A DNA stretch of 64,000 bases from Eledone cirrhosa (Eukaryota): contig OZ024740.1 of assembly GCA_964016885.1 (NCBI GenBank), positions 3,224,001 to 3,288,000 of the forward strand, in the 5' to 3' direction. The translations under genes and the position numbers were made by a program. Under the pieces are notes generated by a model, which did not search any database, had not been told where the DNA came from, and saw only the letters and a program-made list of their open reading frames with translations. Of the stretch, positions 1-11,300 are shown piece by piece. Within the stretch, counting starts at the first letter, position 1. Every line of letters begins with the position of its first letter.

Positions 1-86
1 GTTTACTGTACTGTTGCTAGACCTGCTCCCTATTGTCTACGGTACTGTTGCTACACCTGCTCCCTCTTGTTTACTGTTGCCACTAC
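1..86. repeat. Degenerate ~34-bp tandem repeat, probably the end of an array continuing left of the window
   Basis: CTGTTGCTA(G/C)ACCTGCTCCCT recurs at 11 and 45, with a partial third copy near 70. Confidence 0.5.
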
Positions 87-177
87 TGGGCAGCTCCCTG
101 TTTAGAGTCACTTGTGTAACCTCTCTCACAGATGTGATGTCACAACGCTGGCATTACTCAGTATTTCTATGGGTATT

Positions 178-524
178 CATCATCATCATCATCATTTCAT
201 TTTACGTCCCCTTTTTCCCTGCTTGCAAGGGTGGGACGGGAACTGATTCTGGCTAGATTTCTACAGCTGGATGCCCTTCCTAACACCAACCTCATTTACA
301 GTGAGTGCTGGGTGCTTTTTTTGCCGTGGCACCTCCACGACCACTTTGCAGTGGAATGATAGGGACCCCAGTCCCTATCATCTCATTTCTACAGCTGAGT
401 AAACTGGAGCAATGTGAAATAAAGTGTCTTGCTCAAGGAAACAACACATCACTCGGTCTGAGAATTGAACTCACAACCTTTCGATTGCAAGGCCGATGCT
501 CTAACCACTAAGCCATGTGCCTCC
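178..524 (-). mobile_element. tRNA-derived SINE with (GAT)n tail, copy 1
   Basis: The minus strand reads GGCACATGGCTTAGTGG (A box, 505-515) and GAGTTCAATTC (B box, 462-472), then a central domain CCTTGAGCAAGACACTTTATTTCAC, and ends in (GAT)n at 178-195. A closely similar copy lies at 31040-31317. Confidence 0.85.
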
Positions 525-938
525 ATGTATTAATGAATTACATTCTCTAGTACCCCAAAACCCAGACTTTCTCTTCTAGGACCTGTTTCACTAAGTCCAT
601 TCAGGCAAACCATCTACACTTTCTTGGTATTTCTAACATCAGACACAAATTTCAAAGAAACGGTTTCATTCCTAGAACTACATCTCTATGGAACAAATTG
701 CCTAGTGATTGCTTTTCTTGTGGTTACAACATTGACCTGTTTTAAGAAAAGGGTCAATAAATACCTCCCTATAATCCCATCCAAACTACCAATTCATTCA
801 TCATTTTCACACTTACAGCAATCTCCCTTCCATTTCCCCTCATCATCCTTTTCTCTCTGTTTACCCTGTCATGTAACCTTGAGTGGCTTTAAAGCCTTGT
901 TATGTGGAAACCTTTAGTACATATAAATAAATAAATCT

Positions 939-1197
939 TTAACTCTTTCCTTATATTTTTAATGAAAGACACTGCTTATGGTTTTCAAAGACTTTTGAAA
1001 GCAATCAAGAATTTGGAAAGATTTAGCAAAATAATTAACTTTCTCATTATTAAGCCGGTGCTTGGAACATAACATAACAAAGGTTCTTAACTAAAATTAT
1101 GATGGCAGAAATTTTAAATAATTATATACAGTTTGAAATGAATAACATATTGTAGAACAAGGGGCAGTTTCATGTAATTCAGTGTCTAAAGAATTTA
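939..1197. mobile_element. Degenerate MITE-like non-autonomous DNA element
   Basis: Starts TTAACTCTTT and ends AAAGAATTTA, an imperfect inverted repeat (8/10). Same end type as the better-preserved element at 4276-4503. AT-rich and non-coding. Confidence 0.4.
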
Positions 1198-1945
1198 CAA
1201 AAAGCGCCCAGTCCACACTGTAAAGTGGTCATGTAGGTGTCACAACAAAAAGCACCCAGTCCACACTGTAAAGTGGTCGTGTAGGTGTCACAACAAAAAT
1301 CACCCAGTCTACACTGTAAAGTGGTCGTGTAGGTGTCACAACAAAAAGCACCCAGCACACACTGTAAAGTGGTCGTGTAGGTGTCACAACAAAAATCACC
1401 CAGTCTACACTGTAAAGTGGTTGTGTAGGTGTCACAACAAAAATCACCCAGTCTACACTGTAAAGTGGTCGTGTAGGTGTCACAACAAAAAGCACACAGC
1501 ACACACTGTGAAGTGGTCGTGTAGGTGTCACAACAAAAAGCACCCAGTACACACTGTAAAGTGGTTGTGTAGGTGTCACAACAAAAATCACCCAGTCTAC
1601 ACTGTAAAGTGGTCGTGTAGGTGTCATAACAAAAAGCACCCAGCACACTGTAAAGTGGTCATGTAGGTGTCACAACAAAAAGCACCCAGTCTACACTGTA
1701 AAGTGGTAATGTAGGTGTCACAACAAAAACCACCCAGTACACACTGTAAAGTGGTTGTGTAGGTGTCACAACAAAAACCACCCAGCACACTGTAAAGTGG
1801 TTGTGTAGGTGTCACAACAAAAACCACCCAGTACACACTGTAAAGTGGTTGTGTAGGTGTCACAACAAAAACCACCCAGTACACACTGTAAAGTGGTTGT
1901 GTAGGTGTCACAACAAAAACCACCCAGTACTCACTGTAAATGTGG
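1196..1945 (+). repeat. 48-bp minisatellite (~15 copies) derived from the SINE body
   Basis: Unit CCCAGT(C/A)CACACTGTAAAGTGGTCGTGTAGGTGTCACAACAAAAAGCA with period 48 (1207 to 1255), giving 16-aa periodicity in the ORF track. It resembles the reverse complement of SINE positions ~296-352. Confidence 0.92.
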
Positions 1946-1950
1946 TTGGG

Positions 1951-2003
1951 TTAGGGTTAGGGTTAGGGTTAGGGTTAGGGTTAGGGTTAGGGTTAGGGTT
2001 AGG
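1951..2003 (+). repeat. Interstitial telomere-type repeat (TTAGGG)8-TTAGG
   Basis: Eight perfect TTAGGG units plus TTAGG, read directly. Confidence 0.97.
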
Positions 2004-2132
2004 AAGGGCATCTAGCTGTAGAAATCTAGCCAGAAACAGTTTTGTATGAACAGGACCCAACTTGCCTCAAATGGGACAAACCTGTCTAACCCATGCTAGT
2101 GGAAGATAGACATTAAACGGTGATGATGATGA
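2004..2132 (+). mobile_element. 3' part of a SINE copy with RTE-like tail and (GAT)n
   Basis: AAGGGCATCTAGCTGTAGAAATCTAGCCAG is the reverse complement of the SINE at ~249-278. The tail CTAACCCATGCTAG...AAACGGTGATGATGAT matches the reverse complement of 30930-30980. Confidence 0.8.
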
Positions 2133-2424
2133 AAGAAGTCAATGTAATCTAAGATACACTGTGCTGGAATAAATGTTTGGATGGTCACTATTGGAGCAGC
2201 TTTCTGTATATTTCTGCTTGATCAAGGTTTAACTATGACTAAGAACAACAAAGACCAAAATTACTGAACCAATCAATAAAAGTACTTGTTATTATTGTGA
2301 ATAGAACATCAAAGAATATTCTAGCAGACATTTTGAAGTTACCAAAGTTGCCGAGGAATTCGAATTAACTGAACCATTTAACAGAGAATATATTTTATAT
2401 ATATATCTATATATTTTCTATATT

Positions 2425-2692
<268 letters not shown>

Positions 2693-2694
2693 TA

Positions 2695-2773
2695 CAGAAT
2701 CAGTTCCCGTCTCACCCTTGCAAGCAGGGAAAAAGCGGACGTAAAATGAAATGATGATGATGATTAATGATGA
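2695..2773 (+). mobile_element. 5'-truncated SINE/LINE tail fragment ending in (GAT)n
   Basis: CAGAATCAGTTCCCGTCTCACCCTTGCAAGCAGGGAAAAAGCGGACGTAAAATGAAATGATGATGAT is a near-perfect reverse complement of 178-251. Confidence 0.8.
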
Positions 2774-3091
2774 TGTATATGTATTTATATATATATAGAG
2801 ACCAACCAAAAAAGATGACATGAAGGATATTTATATTCCATATATTTTGGCTTATAATTGGCGTATTTCTCTATTATATATTTCTCTATTTATTTAGTAA
2901 AAATATTCTATCTTCTGTTTTACCATTTTACCATTTCTCTAATGATGTTTCATGCTAAATATAACGTAAAATTTTTGATATAAATGAATGCTATATGTGT
3001 GAATGGGTTTTTATCTGCATATGTATAAGCGTATTATATACACACACATACATATATGTATGTATATATATAAGTATGTCTGTATATATTT

Positions 3092-3298
3092 ATTCGGATT
3101 TGTGCCAGGTAAAAGCACTGTAAAGGCTCTCTTCCTTGTGAAGCAGCTACAGGAAAAGTACAAGCTAAAAGCCACTTTTCCTGGTATTTGTTGAACTGGA
3201 GAAAGCTTTTCACAGAGTCCTTCGTACAATAATCTGGTGAGATGTTAGAAAACTAGGAGTAGATGAGTGGCTTGTGAAGGCTGTAGAAGCCATGTATA
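3092..3298 (+). mobile_element. Decayed RTE-clade LINE reverse transcriptase fragment
   Basis: Translates with a frameshift and a stop as FGFVPGKSTVKALFLVKQLQEKY...ELEKAFHRV...IW*DVRKLGVDEWLVKAVEAMY. This matches the non-LTR RT motif QFGF.PG.ST...F..RQLQEK...DLEKAFD.V. Confidence 0.85.
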
Positions 3299-3334
3299 CC
3301 CCATAGCAGCATCTATGGGGAAACTAAAGAAGAA

Positions 3335-3612
3335 ATGTGTGTAGGTGCCTGCTTGTGTGTAGGTGTCTGTGTGTGTGTAGGTGCATTCCTGTGAGTGTGT
3401 TTGTATGTGTGTGTTTGTGTGTAGGTGTCTGTGTGTGAGTGTGTGTAGGTGCTTGCCTGTGAGTGTGTTTGTGCAAGTATAGGTGTTATTGTATGTGCGT
3501 ATCTGTATGTTTTGAGTTATATGTGTACACATGTATGTTTCTGTATCTATACATGTATATATACATGTATATATATACATGTATATATATACATGTATAT
3601 ATATATATATAC
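3335..3612. repeat. GT-rich / (TA) low-complexity microsatellite
   Basis: GTGTGTAGGTG variants followed by ACATGTATATAT repeats. Confidence 0.85.
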
Positions 3613-3680
3613 AGTTATTACATGTTGAATTTCTGAAATGTTTTACATATATTTACAGTCCCATTAATGGATTCTACTTG

Positions 3681-3850
3681 TAATGGTGATGGTTTTTGTA
3701 GTGGCTTTGATGGTAGTGGTGGTGATAATGTTGGGTGTGGTAGTGGTTTTGATGGTGATGATGACAATGATGATTATGGTAAAGATGATGGTAGTGATAG
3801 TGGTGGTGGTGATGATGATTATGGTTGTGGTAGTGGTGATGCTGCTGATG
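3681..3850. repeat. Degenerate (GGT/GAT)n trinucleotide repeat
   Basis: Read directly. It is the source of the poly-V/M and poly-T/I ORFs. Confidence 0.85.
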
Positions 3851-3990
3851 CTACACAGGATAAGATGACCATTATTTGAATATCCAGTCTTCAAGTCTGC
3901 ATCAAGGGACAATTCTGTTATGGTATGGCAATGATGAAAGATAAAGAGCAACTACAAAACTGTTTTAATCAAAATATTAAAAGTACTTAC

Positions 3991-4136
3991 AAACAGTTCC
4001 CTTTTTACTGTGAGATTCAAACACTAAAACACTGGCCAGTTCACGTTTGACCATCGTGGAGAGGTGGGATAATGCTTTGATATGTAGTAATTCCTCGTAT
4101 ATAATTTCCAAGTCCTCAGTTGTTCGCTCACGCGAC
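3991..4136 (-). CDS. RAPGEF4: Internal coding exon of an Epac (Rap guanine nucleotide exchange factor 4-like) gene, start of the cAMP-binding domain following the DEP domain
   Basis: Encodes [48 protein letters not shown], nearly identical to the Epac2 stretch as I recall it ([41 protein letters not shown]). Acceptor TTTTGTTTGTAG (AG at 4138-4137) and donor GTAAGT starting at 3990. Length 146 bp. Confidence 0.93.
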
Positions 4137-4275
4137 CTACAAACAAAAGCAGATGCCAAATTATTTACAACATTTAATGTCTCTTTTCATTGTAAATGGC
4201 TGAAACCAACCATGAATTTGCAATACAGATCATTTAAAAAAGCTTCCTTCGTTTACTATTTTCTTTATTCCTTTC

Positions 4276-4503
4276 TTAACACTTTAGCATTTAAACCGGC
4301 TACATCCGGCCAGGATTCTCTCATCTCTTTCTGTTCAAAACGGCTATAACTGGCCACTCATACTGATATTAAGGTATTGTTCTCAAAATAAATAACATTG
4401 AAAGCTCATAGATTCGATATTATGTGATATATTATGTGAGATAAAGTGTTTAGCATGAAAATATAATAGTATATATAGAGTAATGTAAATGGTAAAGAGT
4501 TAA
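4276..4503. mobile_element. TTAA-ended MITE (piggyBac-type target site) with 18-bp terminal inverted repeats
   Basis: Left end TTAACACTTTAGCATTTA. Right end TAAATGGTAAAGAGTTAA, reverse complement TTAACTCTTTACCATTTA. 16/18 match. Confidence 0.7.
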
Positions 4504-4820
4504 ACACCAGCTACCTCCCATTGTCCTCCTTCAATATTTCAAATGTTATTTCACATTTTTCCCTTTTCTTTTTTTTTTTTATTTTTATTTAAGTTTTTTT
4601 TCTTTTCTTTTCTTTTCTTTTTAATTAATTGTCCCACAAGCTCTTTTGGATTACCAACTGTAAGGAGTACTCAATACTTCCCTTAGTTTCATGGCTTACT
4701 AGCTCTATACGGACGTTTAAAATGAATAAATAAATAAATATCTATCAGCTAGTCTGCAAATATGTAAATCAGTCACTGTATATTTCAGAAAATATCATAT
4801 ATTTTCACTAGCTTTGACAG

Positions 4821-4900
4821 TTGGCAGGTGAACAGTAAACTGTACTGATGAAGGGTGATACCCAGAAACATTAGTGTCTGCAGTTCTGTTTACATGCCAA
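4821..4900 (+). ncRNA. Type I hammerhead ribozyme with extended stem I
   Basis: Core CTGATGA (4845-4851) and GAAA (4865-4868), cleavage triplet GTC (4876-4878). Stem II GGG/CCC with TGATA loop. Stem III ACA/TGT with TTAG loop. Stem I AACTGTA/TGCAGTT, a TA bulge, then GTGAACAG/CTGTTTAC and TTGGCA/TGCCAA. Confidence 0.85.
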
Positions 4901-5096
4901 CACAAGAGCAAGAATGAGGGGCTCATTCTACTGACATGGCTTAAAAAAGAGGCTGTTTGCATAATTGCAAACGAATCAAATATTATTATTAATATTTGAA
5001 AAATTCAGATTACATTTCCATGTAGAGTGATAACTTTTTATTACATAAAAATACATCCATAATAATTTTCTGTAATAACATTAAGTTATGCTCCAA

Positions 5097-5208
5097 ACAC
5101 CGCCACCACCACAACCACCACCTCCACTACCACCAACACAACCACCACCACTACTACCACCACACCTCCACTACCACCACCACCACCACCGACACCACCA
5201 CCACCACC
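5097..5208. repeat. (CCA)n trinucleotide repeat
   Basis: Read directly. It is the source of the poly-P/poly-H ORF. Confidence 0.9.
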
Positions 5209-5317
5209 TGTGTGACTCTGTGACTGTATGTGTGACCAGGTACCTCGTTTACCTTAAAGATGTGAGGACAAACCAACATTTGCTGATTCTTAAAGGCGCC
5301 TAAATTACTTATGGTGG

Positions 5318-8300
5318 CCCAGACCCTGTCACACCAGTAACAGTTCACACTCCCTAGACCCTGTCACACCAGTAACAGTTCACACTCCATAGAACCTGTC
5401 ACACCAGTAACAGTTCACACTCCCTAGAACCTGTCACACCAGTAACAGTTCACACTGCCCAGACCCTGTCACAACAGTAACAGTTTACACTCCACAGACG
5501 TTGTCACACCAGTAACAGTTACACTCCCAAGACCCTGTCAGAACATTAACAGTTTACACTCCCCAGACCTTGTCACACCTGTAACAGTTTACATACCACA
5601 GACCTGGTCACACCAGTAACAGTTTACACTCCACAGATCTTGTCACACCAGTAACAGTTTACACTCCCCAGATCTTGTCACAACATTAACAGTTAATACT
5701 CCCCCGGACCCTGTCACAACCGTAACAGTTTACAATCCCCAGACCCTGTCACACATGTAACAGTTTACACTCCCCAGATCCTATTACAACAGTAACAGTT
5801 TACACACCCCAGACCCTGTCACAACAGTAACAGTTTACACTCCCCAGACCCTGTCAAATCAGTAACAGTTTACACTCTCCAGACTCTGTCACATCAGTAA
5901 CGGTTTACACTCCCCAGTCGATGTCACACAAGTATCAATTTACACTCCCCAGACCCTGTCACAACAGTAACAGATTACACTCCTCTGACCCTGTCACAAC
6001 GTTAACAGTTTACACTCCCCAGACCCTGTCACATCAATAACAGTTTACACTCCCCAGATACTGTCACACCAGTAACAGTTAACACACTCCAGACCCGGTC
6101 ACAACAGTAACAGTTTACACTCCCCAGACCCTGTCATATTAACAGTTTACACTCCCCAGACCCTGTCACAACAGTAACAGTTTACACTCCCCAGACCCTG
6201 TTACATCAATAACAATTTACACTCTTCAGACCCTGTCTTAACAGTAATTACACTCCCCAGACACTATCACAACAGTAACAGTTTACACTTCCCAGACTCT
6301 GTCAAATCTGTAACAGATTACACTCCTCAGACCTTGTCACATCAGTAACAATTTAAACTCCCCAGACCATGCCTCATCAGTAAGAGTTTACACTCCACAG
6401 ACCCTGTCACAACAGTAACAGTTTACACTCCCTAGACCATGTCACACCAGTAACAGTTTACACTCCCCAGACACTGTCACAACAGTAACAGTTTACACTC
6501 CCCAGACCATGTCACACCAGTAACAGTTTACACTCCCCAGACACTGTCACAACAGTAACAGTTTACACTCCCTAGACCATGTCATACCAGTAACAGTTTA
6601 CACTCCCCAGACACTGTCACAACAGTAACAGTTTACACTCCCCAGACCATGTCACACCAGTAACAGTTTACACACCACAGACCCTGTCACACCAGTAACA
6701 GTTTACACTCCCCAGACCTTGTCACACCAGTAACAGTTTACACTCCCCAGACACTGTCACACCATTAACAGTTTACACTCCCCAGACCTTGTCACACCGG
6801 TAACAGTTTACACTCTCCAGACCCTGTCACACCAGTAACAGATTACACCCCGAGACCCTCTCACACCAGTAACCGTTTACACTCCCCAGACCTTGTCACA
6901 CCAGTAACAGTTTACACTCCCCAGACCCTGTCACACCAGTAACAGTTTACACTCCCCAGACCCTGTCAGAACAGTAACAGTTTACACTCCCCAGACCCTG
7001 TCAGAACAGTAACAGTTTACACTCCCCAGACCTTGTCAGAACAGTAACAGTTTACACTCCCCAGACCCTGTAAGAACAGTAACAGTTTACACTCCCCAGA
7101 CCCTGTCACACCAGTAACAGTTTACACTCCCCAGACCCTGTCACACCAGTAACAGTTTACACTCCCCAGACCCTGTCAGAATAGTAACAGTTTACACTCC
7201 CCAGACCCTGTCAGAACAGTAACAGTTTACACTCCCCAGACCCTGTAAGAACAGTAACAGTTTACACTCCCCAGACCCTGTCACACCAGTAACAGTTTAC
7301 ACTCCCCAGACCCTGTCACACCAGTAACAGTTTACACTCCCCAGACCTTGTCACACCAGTAACAGTTTACACTCTCCAGACCCTGTCACACCAGTAACAG
7401 TTTACACTCCCCAGACCCTGTCAGAACAGTAACAGTTTACACTCCCCAGACCCTGTCACACCAGTAACAGTTTACACTCTCCAGACCTTGTCAGAACAGT
7501 AACAGTTTACACTCCCCAGACCCTGTCACACCAGTAACAGTTTACACTCCCCAGACCTTGTCAGAACAGTAACAGTTTACACTCCCCAGACCCTGTCACA
7601 CCAGTAACAGTTTACACTTCCCAGACCTTGTCAGAACAGTAACAGTTTACACTCCCCAGACCCTGTCACACCAGTAACAGTTTACACTTCCCAGACCTTG
7701 TCAGAACAGTAACAGTTTACACTCCCCAGACCCTGTCACACCAGTAACAGTTTACACTCCCCAGACCTTGTCAGAACAGTAACAGTTTACACTCCCCAGA
7801 CCCTGTCACACCAGTAACAGTTTACACTTCCCAGACCTTGTCAGAACAGTAACAGTTTACACTCCCCATACCCTGTCAGAACAGTAACAGTTTACACTCC
7901 CCAGACCCTGTCAGAACAGTAACAGTTTACACTCCACAGACCCTGTCAGAACAGTAACAGTTTACACTCCCCAGACCTTGTCAGAATAGTAACAGTTTAC
8001 ACTCCCCAGACCTTGTCAGAATAGTAACAGTTTACACTCCCCAGACCCTGTCAGAACAGTAACAGTTTACACTCCCCAGACCTTGTCAGAATAGTAACAG
8101 TTTACACTCCCCAGACCCTGTCAGAACAGTAACAGTTTACACTCCACAGACCCTGTCAGAACAGTAACAGTTTACACTCCCCATACCCTGTCAGAACAGT
8201 AACAGTTTACACTTCCCAGACCCTGTCAGAACAGTAACAGTTTACACTCCCCAGACCCTGTCAGAACAGTAACAGTTTACACTCCCCAGACCTTGTCAGA

Positions 8301-11300
8301 ATAGTAACAGTTTACACTCCACAGACCCTGTCAGAACAGTAACAGTTTACACTCCCCAGACCTTGTCAGAACAGTAACAGTTTACACTCCACAGACCCTG
8401 TCAGAATAGTAACAGTTTACACTCCCCAGACCCTGTCAGAACAGTAACAGTTTACACTCCCCATACCCTGTCAGAACAGTAACAGTTTACACTTCCCAGA
8501 CCTTGTCAGAACAGTAACAGTTTACACTTCCCAGACCTTGTCACACCAGTAACAGTTTACACTTCCCAGACCTTGTCACACCAGTAACAGTTTACACTTC
8601 CCAGACCCTGTCACACCAGTAACAGTTTACACTCCCCAGACCCTGTCAGAATAGTAACAGTTTACACTCCCCAGACCCTGTCAGAACAGTAACAGTTTAC
8701 ACTCCCCAGACCCTGTAAGAACAGTAACAGTTTACACTCCCCAGACCCTGTCACACCAGTAACAGTTTACACTCCCCAGACCCTGTCACACCAGTAACAG
8801 TTTACACTCCCCAGACCTTGTCACACCAGTAACAGTTTACACTCCCCAGACCCTGTCACACCAGTAACAGTTTACACTCCCCAGACCCTGTCAGAACAGT
8901 AACAGTTTACACTCCCCAGACCCTGTCACACCAGTAACAGTTTACACTCCCCAGACCTTGTCAGAACAGTAACAGTTTACACTCCCCAGACCCTGTCACA
9001 CCAGTAACAGTTTACACTCCCCAGACCTTGTCAGAACAGTAACAGTTTACACTCCCCAGACCCTGTCACACCAGTAACAGTTTACACTTCCCAGACCTTG
9101 TCAGAACAGTAACAGTTTACACTCCCCAGACCCTGTCACACCAGTAACAGTTTACACTTCCCAGACCTTGTCAGAACAGTAACAGTTTACACTCCCCAGA
9201 CCCTGTCACACCAGTAACAGTTTACACTCCCCAGACCTTGTCAGAACAGTAACAGTTTACACTCCCCAGACCCTGTCACACCAGTAACAGTTTACACTTC
9301 CCAGACCTTGTCAGAACAGTAACAGTTTACACTCCCCATACCCTGTCAGAACAGTAACAGTTTACACTCCCCAGACCCTGTCAGAACAGTAACAGTTTAC
9401 ACTCCACAGACCCTGTCAGAACAGTAACAGTTTACACTCCCCAGACCTTGTCAGAATAGTAACAGTTTACACTCCCCAGACCTTGTCAGAATAGTAACAG
9501 TTTACACTCCCCAGACCCTGTCAGAACAGTAACAGTTTACACTCCCCAGACCTTGTCAGAATAGTAACAGTTTACACTCCCCAGACCCTGTCAGAACAGT
9601 AACAGTTTACACTCCACAGACCCTGTCAGAACAGTAACAGTTTACACTCCCCATACCCTGTCAGAACAGTAACAGTTTACACTTCCCAGACCCTGTCAGA
9701 ACAGTAACAGTTTACACTCCCCAGACCCTGTCAGAACAGTAACAGTTTACACTCCCCAGACCTTGTCAGAATAGTAACAGTTTACACTCCACAGACCCTG
9801 TCAGAACAGTAACAGTTTACACTCCCCAGACCTTGTCAGAACAGTAACAGTTTACACTCCACAGACCCTGTCAGAATAGTAACAGTTTACACTCCCCAGA
9901 CCCTGTCAGAACAGTAACAGTTTACACTCCCCATACCCTGTCAGAACAGTAACAGTTTACACTTCCCAGACCTTGTCAGAACAGTAACAGTTTACACTTC
10001 CCAGACCTTGTCACACCAGTAACAGTTTACACTTCCCAGACCTTGTCACACCAGTAACAGTTTACACTTCCCAGACCTTGTCACACCAGTAACAGTTTAC
10101 ACTTCCCAGACCTTGTCACACCAGTAACAGTTTACACTCCCCAGACCTTGTCACACCAGTAACAGTGTACACTCCCCAGACCCTGTCAGAACAGTAACAG
10201 TTTACACTCCACAGACCCTGTCAGAACAGTAACAGTTTACACTCCCCATACCCTGTCAGAACAGTAACAGTTTACACTTCCCAGACCCTGTCAGAACAGT
10301 AACAGTTTACACTCCCCAGACCCTGTCAGAACAGTAACAGTTTACACTCCCCAGACCTTGTCAGAATAGTAACAGTTTACACTCCACAGACCCTGTCAGA
10401 ACAGTAACAGTTTACACTCCCCAGACCTTGTCAGAATAGTAACAGTTTACACTCCCCAGACCCTGTCAGAACAGTAACAGTTTACACTCCCCATACCCTG
10501 TCAGAACAGTAACAGTTTACACTTCCCAGACCTTGTCAGAACAGTAACAGTTTACACTTCCCAGACCTTGTCACACCAGTAACAGTTTACACTTCCCAGA
10601 CCTTGTCACACCAGTAACAGTTTACACTTCCCAGACCTTGTCACACCAGTAACAGTTTACACTTCCCAGACCTTGTCACACCAGTAACAGTTTACACTCC
10701 CCAGACCTTGTCACACCAGTAACAGTTTACACTCCCCAGACCCTGTCAGAACAGTAACAGTTTACACTCCCCAGACCCTGTCACACCAGTAACAGTTTAC
10801 ACTCAACATAACCTGTCACAACATTAACAGTTAACTCTCCTCAGACCCTGTTAGAAGAGTAACAGTTTACACTCCCCAGTCCTTTTCACACCAGTAACAG
10901 TTTACACTCCCCAGACCGTGTCACAACATTAACAGTTAACACTCTGCAGACTCTGTCACACCAGTAACAGTTTACACTCCACAGACCCTGTCACAACATT
11001 AACAGTTAACCCTCCCCAGACCCTGTCACAACAGTAAAAATTTACACTCCAGAGATGATGTCACACCAGTAAAAGTTTACACTCCCCTGACCCTGTCATA
11101 TCATGACAGTTTACACTCCCCAGACCCTGTCACACCAGTAACAGTTTACACTTCCCAGACCATGCCACACCAGTAACAGTTTACACACCACAGACCCTGT
11201 CACATCAGTAACAGTTTACACTCCCCAGACACTGTCACACCATTAACAGTTTACACTCCCCAGACCTTGTCACACCAGTAACAGTTAAAACTCCACAGAA

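Noticed and set aside
450-524. tRNA gene
   Set aside because: A and B boxes are present, but they continue into a SINE body and tail repeated at 31040-31317. This is a SINE head rather than a functional tRNA.
1951-2003. True chromosome end or telomere fusion site
   Set aside because: Only 53 bp, in a single orientation, with continuous SINE sequence on both sides.
4104-4120. CTGAGGA-CTTG-GAAA on the minus strand resembling a hammerhead core
   Set aside because: It lies inside the conserved coding exon, has no room for stem II, and lacks stems I and III.
4831-4843. Short matches between the hammerhead 5' arm (AACAGTAA, GTAAACTGT) and the 35-bp satellite
   Set aside because: Only 8-9 nt, compatible with chance. 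The satellite monomers contain no ribozyme core.
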